A stretch of DNA of 64,000 nucleotides, taken from IMG/VR virus record IMGVR_UViG_3300025121_000020; one strand, 5' to 3'. This DNA is from an uncultured virus (IMG/VR IMGVR_UViG_3300025121_000020). Its lineage: Duplodnaviria; Heunggongvirae; Uroviricota; Caudoviricetes. The position numbers and the translations under genes are program-made. This document shows positions 1 to 11,667 of this stretch, piece after piece (positions within the stretch are counted from its first letter, which is position 1; each line of letters starts with the position of its first letter). The notes beneath the pieces were generated by a model. That model was not told where the DNA came from. It did no database searches and saw only the letters and a program-made list of their open reading frames with translations.

Positions 1-307
1 ACTCCAGCATCTCCAACACTTCGGAGGACAAGCCTGTATCTTGATCGACCAAGTCGTCAATGTTCTCCTGATCCGCCCACCAGCGCTTCAGGATCAGAGT
101 GCCCGCATCCTCATCCTCCTGATACACCTCGCTGTCTTCGTCGATTACGGACTGCGGAACCCACCTGGTCTTGCCGTTCGAGAAACGGACTAAGAGAGCG
201 AGACGGGTCAGCTTGACGCCCACGCAATTCTCGTAAGAGGATGTTTCGTCGTGCTGAGAGAACGCTTCCTCATGTTGGGAAGAATCCTCGAACCAGTTCA
301 AACCCAT
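1..307 (-). CDS. hypothetical phage protein (runs off window start)
   Basis: ATG at 307 after GAAAGGA; open frame MGLNWFEDSS...WVPQSVIDEDSEVY... to the window edge. Confidence 0.6.
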   Translation of the reverse strand, partial: MGLNWFEDSSQHEEAFSQHDETSSYENCVGVKLTRLALLVRFSNGKTRWVPQSVIDEDSEVYQEDEDAGTLILKRWWADQENIDDLVDQDTGLSSEVLEMLE

Positions 308-837
308 GCGGTATCCTTTCTCAGAGATCGGCAGATTCACCGTGGACGGATCGTAACCATCGGAAAGTAAATCTGTGCATGACCGCCCCGAAAAATCGAG
401 TCTCGTTTTTGTAAGTGTCCGTAAACAAAGAGCCCCTGACCCTGCTGTGACCCTTATCTATGCACAATTCTACTTGAGAAATAGGGGGCAATCTCCCGAT
501 CTCTGTTTCTCTAAGTAGAACAGAGCAGCGCGGCGTACCCAGAAAAGCACCCTCACGCGCGCAAGAAACAGATCAAGAATTCGGAGTATGATAGCGCGCG
601 TGAGGAGCTTACTCCCCCACTCTACCCACTCTTCCCTTCCCTCGTCAACACAATTGAGCATAATCATATTTATCTTTTTTTAAGAACTAGAACTCTCTCA
701 CATATTTAAGATTCTGTCAACCAAAATCTTCTTCAGATACGCACTCTTCTGTGCGATACTCCAACTTGGAATAGCTTAACTCGCTCGTACGGGGCGTATA
801 CCCCCGTTTCATTTCTGCCTGATGGAAAGGAATTCCC

Positions 838-3800
838 ATGTCCAGCGCTCTGACTGAATCACAGCAAGACTACCTCAACGGGGACGAGGGCGTTCCCTCT
901 CCCTTCACAGGGGCCTACACGTCCCCGTTCCTCGGTGGATTCCGGTTCGGTGACCACCTCACCGCACTCCGGAATGACATCCTCAGCACGGGATTCGCCG
1001 CCGCCCGAAACGTCGAGACGCTCGCGGCAACGAAGGTCCTCGTGATCGCCGACAGCGCAATCCAGGTCCTGGATCCCGACGGCAGCACGCGCCTCGTGAC
1101 GCTGCCCGCCGAAGCGCTCGCGGTCGACCGATGGTTCATGGTCTACAACGCAGCAGGTGCACTCGGTGAGCTGCTCACAGTGCGCGACGATACGCCGACG
1201 AACATCCGCTCCCTGGACGCGGGAGAGTGGGGTATGTTCGCGTGCGATGGTACGACCTGGGTGCTCGCCGGGATGGGGCACGTCGACTTCGGCGCGCTCG
1301 GCATCAAGATGGACGCCTTCACACACTCCACCACCGCGACCGGCATCGACGGAGCGCTCGCGGACAACGTCGCGAATGCCTTCCGACTGCTCGAGGCCGC
1401 GACCGAGTTCTTCGCCGTGTCCACAGCCAACAGCGCCGAGCGCGTCCGCGTCGGAAAGCCCCTCGCACTGACCCTCGCGCAGAACGTGGAGACCCTCACG
1501 GGGGCCAAGGTCCTGGTCGCCACCGACTCCCAGAACCAGAAACTCGACCCGGGCGGCGCAAGTCGAAACGTCACCCTCCCCGCGGAAGCGACGTCAAGCG
1601 GCCTGTGGTACTGGATCTTCAATTCCGCCGACGTGCTGGGTGAACTGCTCACGGTGCGAGACGACACCCCCACCACCCTCGTCATCCTGGACGCGGGGGA
1701 GGGATGCCTGGTCAAGTGCAACGGCACCAACTGGCACTCGGTGCTCGAGACCTATCGGGACTTCGCCGCGCTCGGCATCAAAACCGATACCATCGACGAG
1801 TCGACCGCTGGCGCCGCGATCAGCCTGGTCAAGGCCCTCTGTCTGGCAGAAGGCACGGGCGTCAACCTCGAGACCCTCGCGGGTCCCAAGGTGCTAGTGA
1901 TCGCCGACGCGCAGTTCCAGGTTCTGGACCCTGACTCCGCCCCCCGCGTGCTCACCCTGCCCGCCGCGAAGACCGGGCTGTTCTACTGGGTCTTCAACAC
2001 GGGTGGGACGCTCGGAGAGACGATCAACGTGCAGAAGGCTGACACCACGTCCCTCCGCATCCTCAACGCGGGAGAGAATGCGCTCTTCGTGTGCGCGGCG
2101 GACTGGGTGTTCACCGGGATCTCCCGCGTCGACTTCGGTGCGAACGGGGTCAAGCTCGACAAGATCGACGAGTCGACGACCGGAGTCGGAGTGGAGATCA
2201 CCAAGGCCCTCCTGCTCTCCGGCAGCGGAGCGTTCAACTCCCAGGCCCTGGCGGGACCCCTCGTTCTCGCGAAGGCCACCAGCCCGCACTTTCAACGCCT
2301 CGACCCGAATGGGGCGTCGCGCCTGGTGACCCTGCCCGCGGAGGCTACCTCAGACGGACTCTGGTTCATCGTCTACAACACCGCGGACCTCATGGACGAG
2401 CTGCTCACGGTGCAGGACGACACGCCCGTCACCGTGCTGGCACTCAACGCGCGTGAGGCGGGACTGTTCATTTGCGACGGCACCAACTGGACCGGCCTCC
2501 GCATCGGGAAGACCGACTTCGACATCCTCGGGCTGAAGACAGACATCATCGATGAGTCGACCTCCGCGCGGGCCATCAGCCTGATCAAGGCCCTCCGCCT
2601 TCAAGGAGGGGGAGCGTGGAACGTCGAGACGCTGGCCGCGGGGAAAGTTCTCACCGTCGCGGACCCTCAGTTCCACCGCCTCGACCCAGACGGAGCCCCC
2701 CGACTGGTGACCCTGCCCGCAGAGGCGACGTCCGACGGACTGTTCTATGTGATCGCCAATGGTGCGAACGCCCTGGGTGAGCTGATCACCGTGCAGGACG
2801 ACACCCCCGCCCCGATCTACGTACTGGACCCGCGGGAAATGGCAATCTTCGTATGCAACGGCGTCAACTGGGTGTATGTCGGGCGGTCCCTCTGCGACTT
2901 CGGCGCGCTCGGTCTGGAGACGGACGCCATCGACGAGTCGACCGCTGGGGCTGCGATCAGCCTCTCCAAGGCGCTCTGCCTGGCAGAAGGAGGGGGAGCA
3001 AACCAGGAGGTCCTGGCCGGCACGAAGACACTGGTCGTCACCGACGCACAGTTCCAGCGCCTCGACCCCGACAGTGCGAACCGCAACGTGGTCCTCCCTG
3101 CGCTCAAAGCCGGACTCTGGTTCAGGATCACCAACTACGGTGGCACGCTCGGCGAGACGCTCACCGTGCAGAATCCGACTCCCGCCACAGTGCGCATCCT
3201 CGACGCCGGAGAAACCGGCACGTTCGTAAGCACCGCCGCAGCGTGGTTCTACCTGGGTGGGGGACTGGTAGATTTCGGGGCTCCCGGGATCAAGGCGGAC
3301 GCCATCGACGAGTCGACCGCGGGGGCGGCCATCAGCCTCTCCAAGGCCATCCGCCTCCGCGAAGGAGCCGGTGTCAATACCGAGACCCTCGCGGGCGCGA
3401 AAGTGCTCGTGAACACCGACGCCCAGTTCCAGAAGCTGGACCCGGACGGCGCCCCACGCGACGTCACCCTGCCCGCAGTGCAGGAAGGGCTCTTCTACTG
3501 GATCTACGACTTCGGCGGGACGCTGGGAGAGACCCTGGTGGTCAAGAACCCAGCCGCCGCGACACTCGCCACCCTCAACGCGGGGCAGTCAGGGCTGTTC
3601 GTCTGCACGACTGCGTCGTGGGTCTTCGCCGGCCCACTCCTGGGTACCGACTTCGCGGCCGTCGCAGCCGCCCTGGCTGCGGCAACCGGGTCGGTGGCGT
3701 TCAACACGCAGAAGTTGACCGGCGTCGCCAGCGGCACCGCCGCAGGGGAGGCGGTCCAGTATTCCCAGCTCGCGAACCAGCTCGACGGATCCGTGGGTGT

Positions 3801-4386
3801 GATCGAGGGGGACTACGTCGGGCAGCCCGGCGCAGGCAACACCTTCACGATCACCAGCGGCGGGGCCATCGTGTACGAGTGGGACGGGGTGGGAGCCAAC
3901 GTCAACGTCGCGATCGGAGGCGACGCCGACACCAGCTACGCCAACCTGCTCGCGGCGATCCACGGGCAAGCCCACAACATCCTCTTTGACGTTCCCGCTC
4001 CGGGACGGATCCGAATCCGCACCGCGCTCACCCCCGGCGGCGCCGTGACGGAGAGCGATGCTTCCGTAGCTGTGGCGCACACCACCGCCAACCTGACGAT
4101 GCTGGGTACGAACACCAACCAGACCGGACGGAACCTGATCACGCGCAGGCAGGCGTGGGTCCGACGCGTGGTCGACGTGCTATTCGCGGCAGGCGCAAAC
4201 GGGCGGGTGGGGGAGCTCACGTGGGCTCCCGCACGCATCCTCTGCGTGCAGGTATTCACGGCGACCGGTGCGCCGAAGTACGCCACCGACCTGTTCACGA
4301 TCACGGGCAACGGAGTGCTCTGGGACAGCGACGGCGCGGTCCACATCGCGAACACTGACGAGATTCGGGTGCTGGTCGAAGAGTAA
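838..4386 (+). CDS. large repetitive virion fibre/adhesin-like protein (7 x ~125-aa repeats, YadA-stalk-like motif)
   Basis: 1182 aa; seven units N.ETLA..KVL...LDP.G..R.VTLPA...W..DFGALG..D.IDEST; KLTGVASGTAAGEAVQYSQL resembles a trimeric adhesin neck/stalk motif; SD AAGGA. Confidence 0.65.
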   Translation: MSSALTESQQDYLNGDEGVPSPFTGAYTSPFLGGFRFGDHLTALRNDILSTGFAAARNVETLAATKVLVIADSAIQVLDPDGSTRLVTLPAEALAVDRWFMVYNAAGALGELLTVRDDTPTNIRSLDAGEWGMFACDGTTWVLAGMGHVDFGALGIKMDAFTHSTTATGIDGALADNVANAFRLLEAATEFFAVSTANSAERVRVGKPLALTLAQNVETLTGAKVLVATDSQNQKLDPGGASRNVTLPAEATSSGLWYWIFNSADVLGELLTVRDDTPTTLVILDAGEGCLVKCNGTNWHSVLETYRDFAALGIKTDTIDESTAGAAISLVKALCLAEGTGVNLETLAGPKVLVIADAQFQVLDPDSAPRVLTLPAAKTGLFYWVFNTGGTLGETINVQKADTTSLRILNAGENALFVCAADWVFTGISRVDFGANGVKLDKIDESTTGVGVEITKALLLSGSGAFNSQALAGPLVLAKATSPHFQRLDPNGASRLVTLPAEATSDGLWFIVYNTADLMDELLTVQDDTPVTVLALNAREAGLFICDGTNWTGLRIGKTDFDILGLKTDIIDESTSARAISLIKALRLQGGGAWNVETLAAGKVLTVADPQFHRLDPDGAPRLVTLPAEATSDGLFYVIANGANALGELITVQDDTPAPIYVLDPREMAIFVCNGVNWVYVGRSLCDFGALGLETDAIDESTAGAAISLSKALCLAEGGGANQEVLAGTKTLVVTDAQFQRLDPDSANRNVVLPALKAGLWFRITNYGGTLGETLTVQNPTPATVRILDAGETGTFVSTAAAWFYLGGGLVDFGAPGIKADAIDESTAGAAISLSKAIRLREGAGVNTETLAGAKVLVNTDAQFQKLDPDGAPRDVTLPAVQEGLFYWIYDFGGTLGETLVVKNPAAATLATLNAGQSGLFVCTTASWVFAGPLLGTDFAAVAAALAAATGSVAFNTQKLTGVASGTAAGEAVQYSQLANQLDGSVGVIEGDYVGQPGAGNTFTITSGGAIVYEWDGVGANVNVAIGGDADTSYANLLAAIHGQAHNILFDVPAPGRIRIRTALTPGGAVTESDASVAVAHTTANLTMLGTNTNQTGRNLITRRQAWVRRVVDVLFAAGANGRVGELTWAPARILCVQVFTATGAPKYATDLFTITGNGVLWDSDGAVHIANTDEIRVLVEE

Positions 4387-4411
4387 CCTCAGTATTACGA
4401 GGGGTACCCCC

Positions 4412-5069
4412 TTGAAATACGAATTATTCGGCTCTGGCTCCGTACTTGGCCCCGGTGTGCAGGACATCTCCTTCGCCGTCGGAAACGGACCCCCTCTCGG
4501 AACCCTTGACGGAATACTTCTGACATCACACTGCGTGCTCTACCAGATCGACGACCCCTCCGCAGAACGCACCTTGTGGCTCACGGCGGATCGCGGGACA
4601 ACGTGGAAAGCGCTGGGATCTACAACGACGGAAATCACAACTCACAACATCGACCCTACCTCCCACGCCATCCTGTTCCCTACACCCTCTCTCCTACGAC
4701 ACACACACGGCACATCCCAAAGTAGTTTGAATACGAACATCGTATGCTACGGTAGGACAACGTACTCCTTCGGATCGAATATAACCTATGTACCAAACGT
4801 GATACTAGGAGATTCCTGGTCGATCAATACAGCGGGGATCTACACTGTGAGCTGGAACGTAAACCTGTCAGCAACGGGAGTTGTCCTACTAAAAACAGCG
4901 ATCGTGCTAAACAACTCCATTGCGGATGCCGACCAAGATTACCTGACATTTCAAGAGTGCGCTAAAAACTCCCCAAGCTGCGGATTCTGGTGCGGAAAAC
5001 TGGAAGTTACGAAAGTCTGGCTCGCAACTTCAAAACTCCCGAGCGGAGCAAACCTGAATCAATTCACGA

Positions 5070-5086
<17 letters not shown>
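4412..5086 (+). CDS. putative fibre-associated protein
   Basis: TTG start after GAGGGG, in frame with track ORF 4268..5086; Thr/Ser/Asn-rich; visibly lower GC than upstream gene. Confidence 0.5.
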
Positions 5087-6176
<1,090 letters not shown>

Positions 6177-6192
6177 GTTGCTATCCTCCCTT

Positions 6193-6450
6193 TCAATCAC
6201 AATCTACGTTGCACGGAAAATCACCGATCTTCCGTGCTGCTTCCAACGGGCTCCGGAATTGCTTGGAGTAGGTGGCCCCTCCGGAACTCACCTTCCAGTA
6301 AGGAAACTCCCCCTTCTCCCAGTCGTACATGCGTTTCCACTGGTCTACCGTATAGAGCCGGTACCTGCCCGACTTCGACGGGTACGACCAGCACTCGCAC
6401 CGCCACCCAAGGCGGTACATGCGGAGGGCGAGCCAGAGAAATCTTAGCAT
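6193..6450 (-). CDS. hypothetical protein
   Basis: ATG after GAGGAAG; overlaps upstream region of next gene. Confidence 0.5.
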   Translation of the reverse strand: MLRFLWLALRMYRLGWRCECWSYPSKSGRYRLYTVDQWKRMYDWEKGEFPYWKVSSGGATYSKQFRSPLEAARKIGDFPCNVDCD

Positions 6451-7185
6451 AACTTCCTCAAAATCAGCGTCCAAGCCAGGTACGCCCAAAGTATCAATAG
6501 GAACCAGCCTACCAAATCTGGTTCTCTCCCGCCCTCAGACGTCCCCATCCTTAATTTCCTTCCACCCCTCCCCCGCCAGGTACTCCACGATCCCGTCGAT
6601 GCTCACTCCGCAGAACCTTTCCTTCGTCAAAGTTAGCTCCAGTATCTTGATGGCCGGATGCCTCGCTCCACACTCATAGATCATCACCTTCTCCCCCTGC
6701 CGCATGAGGCTCAAACACGTCACCCACTCCCCTCGTGTACACAGACCCACATTCACCTGGTCTGCTGACACGCGACAGTACCCCAGCTCTGCCTGTAGGG
6801 GAACGGCCGACACGGTCTGACGGATCCATGACGCTACGTCAGCATCGTGCGGCATCCCACGGTCTAAGGCAGCATGGCGGATGTGCTCGAGATCAATTTC
6901 AGCGTCCGTTATGCACTCCACCAAATCCTTTCGTGTACGCCTTCTGCACGACGGCAGTCAAGTCTCTCGGTGAGAAGGCAAAAGTATAGAGGGACCCCTG
7001 CCCCGACGGGGACACGCGCATCGGGTAGGGGCATACTCCCCGATGGAACTGGATGTCCACACGATCCGAACCAAACTGTGTGCGGATCCCCTGGAAATTC
7101 GACCCGTTCAGATCGGCTGTTGCCTGTACTGATGGTAAGGCAAGCTTCAGATCGGCGAGCATACCCGCTATTTCACGTTCGGAAT

Positions 7186-7506
7186 CTATGAGCCACCAGG
7201 GCACGGGCACTTCACACCTCCTTGTATTTCTTTCCACTCCTTCCACGACACGCCGCACACGTCTAGTATCGCATCTGGTGTGGCGCACTCGCATGCGAGC
7301 GCATCTCTTTCCCAGGCAGAAAGGACACGCTTGGCGAGATCTGGGTCGATGCGCGTCACCTCGAGCTCTTGGATACGCCGCAAGAGCTGAGGAGTCAAAA
7401 CGCCTTGCTCAGGGTGGGTACCCACGCGGGTGTAGTACCCGGACTCGAGGCGAGAGTAAAACTGCTGCAATTCGGTCACTTGGAGAACCTTTTCGGACAC
7501 TGACAC
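7186..7506 (-). CDS. hypothetical protein with CxC...CPC
   Basis: ORF in co-oriented minus-strand block. Confidence 0.5.
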   Translation of the reverse strand: MSVSEKVLQVTELQQFYSRLESGYYTRVGTHPEQGVLTPQLLRRIQELEVTRIDPDLAKRVLSAWERDALACECATPDAILDVCGVSWKEWKEIQGGVKCPCPGGS

Positions 7507-7588
7507 AAATACTTATTCCCACCTTGCAAAGGAGAGAGCGGCGACTCTCAATCTGGGGGGAAGGTTATTTGATATGATTGGCATGGAA

Positions 7589-8014
7589 TCAGTCCCTGGG
7601 GTCGATAACGTCACCCACCGCCGGCTCCACCGTCTCCATCCTCTTCAACGCCCGCCTGAACGCGATTATCAGCAACGCCAGCAGCACCCTCCCCCAGCTC
7701 GGGAGCACGTCGTTCAACACTCCCTGCGCCTCGATCAGCACCGCAAGAAAATCCTCGAGCACACTCTTCCAGTCCACCTCCCCCTTGCGCAACGCTTCGT
7801 CTTGTAGAATCGACCGCGCCCGCGCCGTCACATCTTGGAAGAACTGCTTAGGGTCCACGTGCTTCCCGGCGCACTCGCGGCACCTGAACTCCCCGTGGCA
7901 TAGGCACCTGTACGCACCGTGCACGGCGTTCACCCTGCGCGCACAATCTGCGCATGTGAGCATCACGTATTCCATCCCCTGGTCACGAAGACCAGCCTCC
8001 TGAACGGTCGACAT
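7589..8014 (-). CDS. Cys-rich Zn-finger-like protein with hydrophobic C-terminus
   Basis: CADC...CLC...CREC; ATG 8014 after GGAGGAAG. Confidence 0.55.
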   Translation of the reverse strand: MSTVQEAGLRDQGMEYVMLTCADCARRVNAVHGAYRCLCHGEFRCRECAGKHVDPKQFFQDVTARARSILQDEALRKGEVDWKSVLEDFLAVLIEAQGVLNDVLPSWGRVLLALLIIAFRRALKRMETVEPAVGDVIDPRD

Positions 8015-8019
8015 CGCAC

Positions 8020-8394
8020 TCACGGTCTTCCTCCCAAAGTTACCCCCATCCACACTTTCCCCTCCAGAGACACCCCCCGCTCGACTCCCGCTCCCTCCAG
8101 GTGTCTCGAAAGCACAATGGCCCGCTGCGGCGCCACCAGCCGCTCGTGACAGTACCTGACGTAAGCGTCGTAGACGTCTCGCGCCAGAACACTCGAGCCT
8201 GCACTCGCGATCAACACCTCGCGCCGAAACAGCTCCTCTACCGGGACCGCTCGCAGCCTGGTGTAATAGTCCCGCGGATACACAGCGGGGTCCAGATCCG
8301 TGACAGGAGTCATAACCGACTCGCACGGCGGCGCGTGACCCCTCTCCCGCCCGCACGGACGATCGTCTGATAGGTACTTTTCGCACAACAGCAT
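8020..8394 (-). CDS. winged-helix protein resembling primase/helicase C-terminal DNA-binding domain
   Basis: VLARDVYDAYVRYC...LSRHLEGAGVERG...WMGVTL pattern; its SD is interrupted by the IS607 remnant. Confidence 0.6.
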   Translation of the reverse strand: MLLCEKYLSDDRPCGRERGHAPPCESVMTPVTDLDPAVYPRDYYTRLRAVPVEELFRREVLIASAGSSVLARDVYDAYVRYCHERLVAPQRAIVLSRHLEGAGVERGVSLEGKVWMGVTLGGRP

Positions 8395-8403
8395 CTCGGT
8401 GGC

Positions 8404-8608
8404 CTGCTTCTCTCTACATACTACGTATGCGAAATACCTGTTTCCCAGGGCGGTCCAGATCGACCGGTCCCTCCGCAGGCGAATTAAGACCCCGACGAAG
8501 CCACTACCGGGATCACTGCGTTCAGATCTCGATCGTGCGTCGCCCCGCATCCCCCGCATGTCCACGATCGATCCTTCAGCTCCCAAGCATCGGAGCCTTG
8601 TATTCGAG
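8404..8608 (-). mobile_element. deleted IS607 derivative retaining the full omegaRNA scaffold and right end
   Basis: 8404-8523 matches 14300-14419; the rest matches tnpB 3' pieces joined at microhomologies. Confidence 0.92.
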
Positions 8609-8618
8609 CTCCTAGAGC

Positions 8619-8663
8619 AGGCTATCACACCTTTCTCAAAACATCAACATATTTTTATGATCT
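8619..8663 (-). promoter_or_regulatory. sigma70-like promoter TTGATG-17-TAGCCT upstream of the omegaRNA remnant
   Basis: -35 at 8647-8642, -10 at 8624-8619, extended TG, upstream ATCATAAAAAT. Confidence 0.65.
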
Positions 8664-8770
8664 TATCATAGGTAATCTACGATTTGAGCACCATCATCCA
8701 GAAACCCCTTGACACTTCCAGCCCCTCCCGTGCACTGTAAGGATAAGCTTGATACACCTACTCCGTACTT

Positions 8771-9034
8771 ATGAGGCACGTAATGCTGGCACCAGGCGAC
8801 TGCATAACATTCTCCGGGCACGAGTACATGCTCGTGAGTGATCCAGAGCTCCCGCGAGTCCGCGTGATCCCCCTCGAGTTTCGCTACCTGGAGTCGCACG
8901 ACGCTCCGGAGATCTACCTTCCGGTGACATCGGCGCTCGTGCCCCTCCCCGTTCCAAAAAGTCTGCGGGAGCTGGTCGACCGCCTCCGAAAGGTATGGCA
9001 ACCGTGCTGGGTGACAGGAACCTGCCCGGTCTGA
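8771..9034 (+). CDS. hypothetical protein
   Basis: ORF downstream of TTGACA (8709) promoter-like sequence. Confidence 0.5.
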   Translation: MRHVMLAPGDCITFSGHEYMLVSDPELPRVRVIPLEFRYLESHDAPEIYLPVTSALVPLPVPKSLRELVDRLRKVWQPCWVTGTCPV

Positions 9035-9125
9035 TAGTTTCAAGTAGCGCATTGTCTTCAATTGGCGCATCATTACGCTGAGGGAGGCAAGGGAGCACTA
9101 TGCGCGAGGAGACAGGAGTTGTGAA

Positions 9126-9626
9126 GTGTTCGACCCTACTGCCGGAGACCAGACCCTCAGCCGGATCTGGGAAATTTGGAACCGAGTGGGACTTGGGGGA
9201 GTGGTCTCCCTCGCGATCGCCGCGTCACTGTTGCGAGAAAAGGAGCGCCTCGCCGTCGGAAGGTACTTCGGAGGCATCCTCCGCTCCTGCGTCGACTGCT
9301 TCCTCCGCCTCGTCGATTCCCGAACGCGCGTCAACGAGGCCATTGAGAAACTCGCGGCATCCGAGCAACTGCGCACTCGTAGGGAAGCTCTTCGCACTAC
9401 TCTGGTGCCTGCTTCGACACAGACCCCACCCCCTCCTACAGCCTGCGATACGCTACCTGCAGACCAATACCAGCCAGAACCTACCCCTGCCCGCTTACCT
9501 ACACCGGGTACACTCCGTACGGCTGAGACGCCGCCGGCAAACGCTTACAGTGGTGTGGACGGTAGCGCTATTACTGTCTGTAGCACTAGTGACGACCGCG
9601 GTGGTTGGGGTGGCTCGGGCGGTTAG
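9126..9626 (+). CDS. membrane protein with Pro/Thr-rich tail (holin-like, tentative)
   Basis: SD AGGAG; hydrophobic VGLGGVVSLAIAASLL. Confidence 0.4.
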   Translation: MFDPTAGDQTLSRIWEIWNRVGLGGVVSLAIAASLLREKERLAVGRYFGGILRSCVDCFLRLVDSRTRVNEAIEKLAASEQLRTRREALRTTLVPASTQTPPPPTACDTLPADQYQPEPTPARLPTPGTLRTAETPPANAYSGVDGSAITVCSTSDDRGGWGGSGG

Positions 9627-9652
9627 AGTGGAAGGGGTGGGGATAGCGCAGG

Positions 9653-10144
9653 CTACCGAGTAGCCGCTTCGATCTGATCAAACGCCTCAAACACCTTCTC
9701 TCGGCTTCGCTCATCCAAAACGGCGAGCACCTGCCCCACCCCTCCCGCAAGATCAGCATTCACCCCGTAGGCCCTCACCCGCACGTACAGGGACGTCGGC
9801 ACCGCCTCCACCGGTGTCCCATCCGGACGCAAGCCGAAGTCCACGCCGATCGTAACTTCCGGGAAAACGGGGTGCTCTTCTCGAACGAGATGCAGAACCT
9901 GGCGCCCGTCCTTCGCGCGTTCGACCGCCGCGTGCCGCCAGAGAGGGTATGGCCCCTCCGGGAAAGAAGTGTGAACATCCTCCCAGAGCCTGTCATCCAC
10001 GTAAGCGGGCAAGTTCAGCGTGACCCTGGGTGCATCCGCTTGAACGCTCTCTGCAGCCTCCCGGACGTCTACGACTCCCTCACACCGAAAGATGTACATC
10101 GCTACTCCCCTTCCCATCGCGCCAAAAAGGCGTTGTGGTGACAC
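9653..10144 (-). CDS. hypothetical protein
   Basis: 163-aa ORF in minus-strand block. Confidence 0.5.
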   Translation of the reverse strand: MSPQRLFGAMGRGVAMYIFRCEGVVDVREAAESVQADAPRVTLNLPAYVDDRLWEDVHTSFPEGPYPLWRHAAVERAKDGRQVLHLVREEHPVFPEVTIGVDFGLRPDGTPVEAVPTSLYVRVRAYGVNADLAGGVGQVLAVLDERSREKVFEAFDQIEAATR

Positions 10145-10534
10145 CCGTTACTCTCGATCAGAGCCTTGAAGCTCTCTTCGATGTAGGCTGGAGCCTCCCC
10201 GCGACTCGCGCGCGCCTAGCTCTCCGCCTGCATGCCCATCGCCTCAACCATAGTCTGCACGGCTATGATGATACTGTAGGCGAATTCCTTCGCCTGATTC
10301 TCGTCCATACTCACCTCAAATCGACAATTGCCGCCGCCAGCACCGGATACTTCGCCCACTTCGTGGCGAAGGTCATGTAGTCCATGTCAGTACCGTAGTA
10401 ATCCCCTCTCATCTCGGCCAGGCGCTCAGGCGCCTTCACTGCCGCCAACTGGATGAACCGATACTCCCTCCCAAGGTCGCCTCTCAGGATGTCACGCGCC
10501 CTGGATACTCTGGAAGCTGCGCCACGTTCTAGCA

Positions 10535-11050
10535 TCACACCACCTCCCGCGCCGTTCCGTCCCAGCTCGAGCGGACCACACCACGGCGCTCAAGCTCCGC
10601 AATGAGCTGTTCGTCTGTGTAGCGCTTCAACCCGTCAAGGATGCTGTCTAGCACCGCAGGATCCAACGTAGCTTTCGCGGCTCCCTGGATCTGTAACGCA
10701 ACATTCAGCTTCCCCTGGACAACATCCAAAAACGTAGGTGAGCACTGATCGTATCCCGCGGACCACTTCCCGTCCTCTTCACTGAGAAGAGACCCCCCGA
10801 CATTTCGACAGGCGTACTCTTTGTCCCCGCTCTTCGCACTCCCATTCGGCGAACATCGAACCCGCACCGCGCCCGCCGGAAGATCCTGCTCCCCTTCGTT
10901 CAAAAATTCCCCCTGGAGAGCAAAGCCACCTTTCTGCGTCCGATCGATACCTGTCACAAGCTTCACCCAACCGACACGTCTCCCGGAACCGGTGGGCTTG
11001 GTGATGGTGATACGAACTTGAGCAACGCCGTTCCACTCTGTGATTTTCAT
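10535..11050 (-). CDS. hypothetical phage protein
   Basis: SD AAGGGAG; WVKLVTGIDRTQKGGFALQGEFL. Confidence 0.65.
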   Translation of the reverse strand: MKITEWNGVAQVRITITKPTGSGRRVGWVKLVTGIDRTQKGGFALQGEFLNEGEQDLPAGAVRVRCSPNGSAKSGDKEYACRNVGGSLLSEEDGKWSAGYDQCSPTFLDVVQGKLNVALQIQGAAKATLDPAVLDSILDGLKRYTDEQLIAELERRGVVRSSWDGTAREVV

Positions 11051-11123
11051 ACTACTCCCTTATTCCGGCCCAACTCCCCCACAGTATATCAACCCCACTA
11101 GGAGCCGAATGTACCTATGTTTC

Positions 11124-11564
11124 TTACGCCCTGAGCTCCCTCTCCACGTCGTCCCACCGCGAACCCAACAGCGCCCTGACAGCCGCGGCAGCCTTGACGC
11201 TGCCGTTCTTGTAGCGCTTCACCTGCCCGACGAACGAACCACGCTTCACGAGCGCGATCCCCTCCGCAACGTTCACCGTGATACTGGCCTCGATTGCCGG
11301 CCAGGTGTAGACCTGCCCGTCCACCTTCATGGCCAGAATACCCTCGACCGGAATGGCGCGGTATTCGCGCTTCTGGCAATCGAAAACCACGATCAGGTTC
11401 TCACCCGAAGCGTCGTACGCAGACTCCCCGCCCTGGAGGTGCTTCGTGACGCCCAAGCGGGCTACCATCTTGCGCTCGGTACCATCGGTGCGCTTCACGA
11501 ACGTGATGGAAAAGATCCTGCCGGAGCGAATGGAATCGATGATGAGCTTGCGATTACGGTCCAT
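11124..11564 (-). CDS. SH3/Sm-fold (WYL_2/DUF2693-like) phage protein
   Basis: FSITFVKRTDGTERKM...VVFDCQKREYRAI; SD GAGGAG; promoter upstream. Confidence 0.65.
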   Translation of the reverse strand: MDRNRKLIIDSIRSGRIFSITFVKRTDGTERKMVARLGVTKHLQGGESAYDASGENLIVVFDCQKREYRAIPVEGILAMKVDGQVYTWPAIEASITVNVAEGIALVKRGSFVGQVKRYKNGSVKAAAAVRALLGSRWDDVERELRA

Positions 11565-11599
11565 GGTTTCTCTCCTCAGTTCAGGTTGGAACTATCTTA

Positions 11600-11645
11600 G
11601 TTATAGTTGAAGAGAGAATAATTGTCAAGAGTATTTTTTAAGATT
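11600..11645 (-). promoter_or_regulatory. phage promoter AATCTTAAAAAAT-TTGACA-17-TATAAC
   Basis: near-consensus -35/-10 with the recurrent upstream element. Confidence 0.75.
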
Positions 11646-11667
11646 CGGTACACTTTCGCAGGAAAGC

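Noticed and set aside
8285..8300. Extra omegaRNA copy (GGTCCAGATC)
   Set aside because: Only a 10-bp match inside a coding region
8020..8628. 202-aa ORF as one gene
   Set aside because: The N-terminal part is read through the IS remnant; the real start is likely ATG 8394
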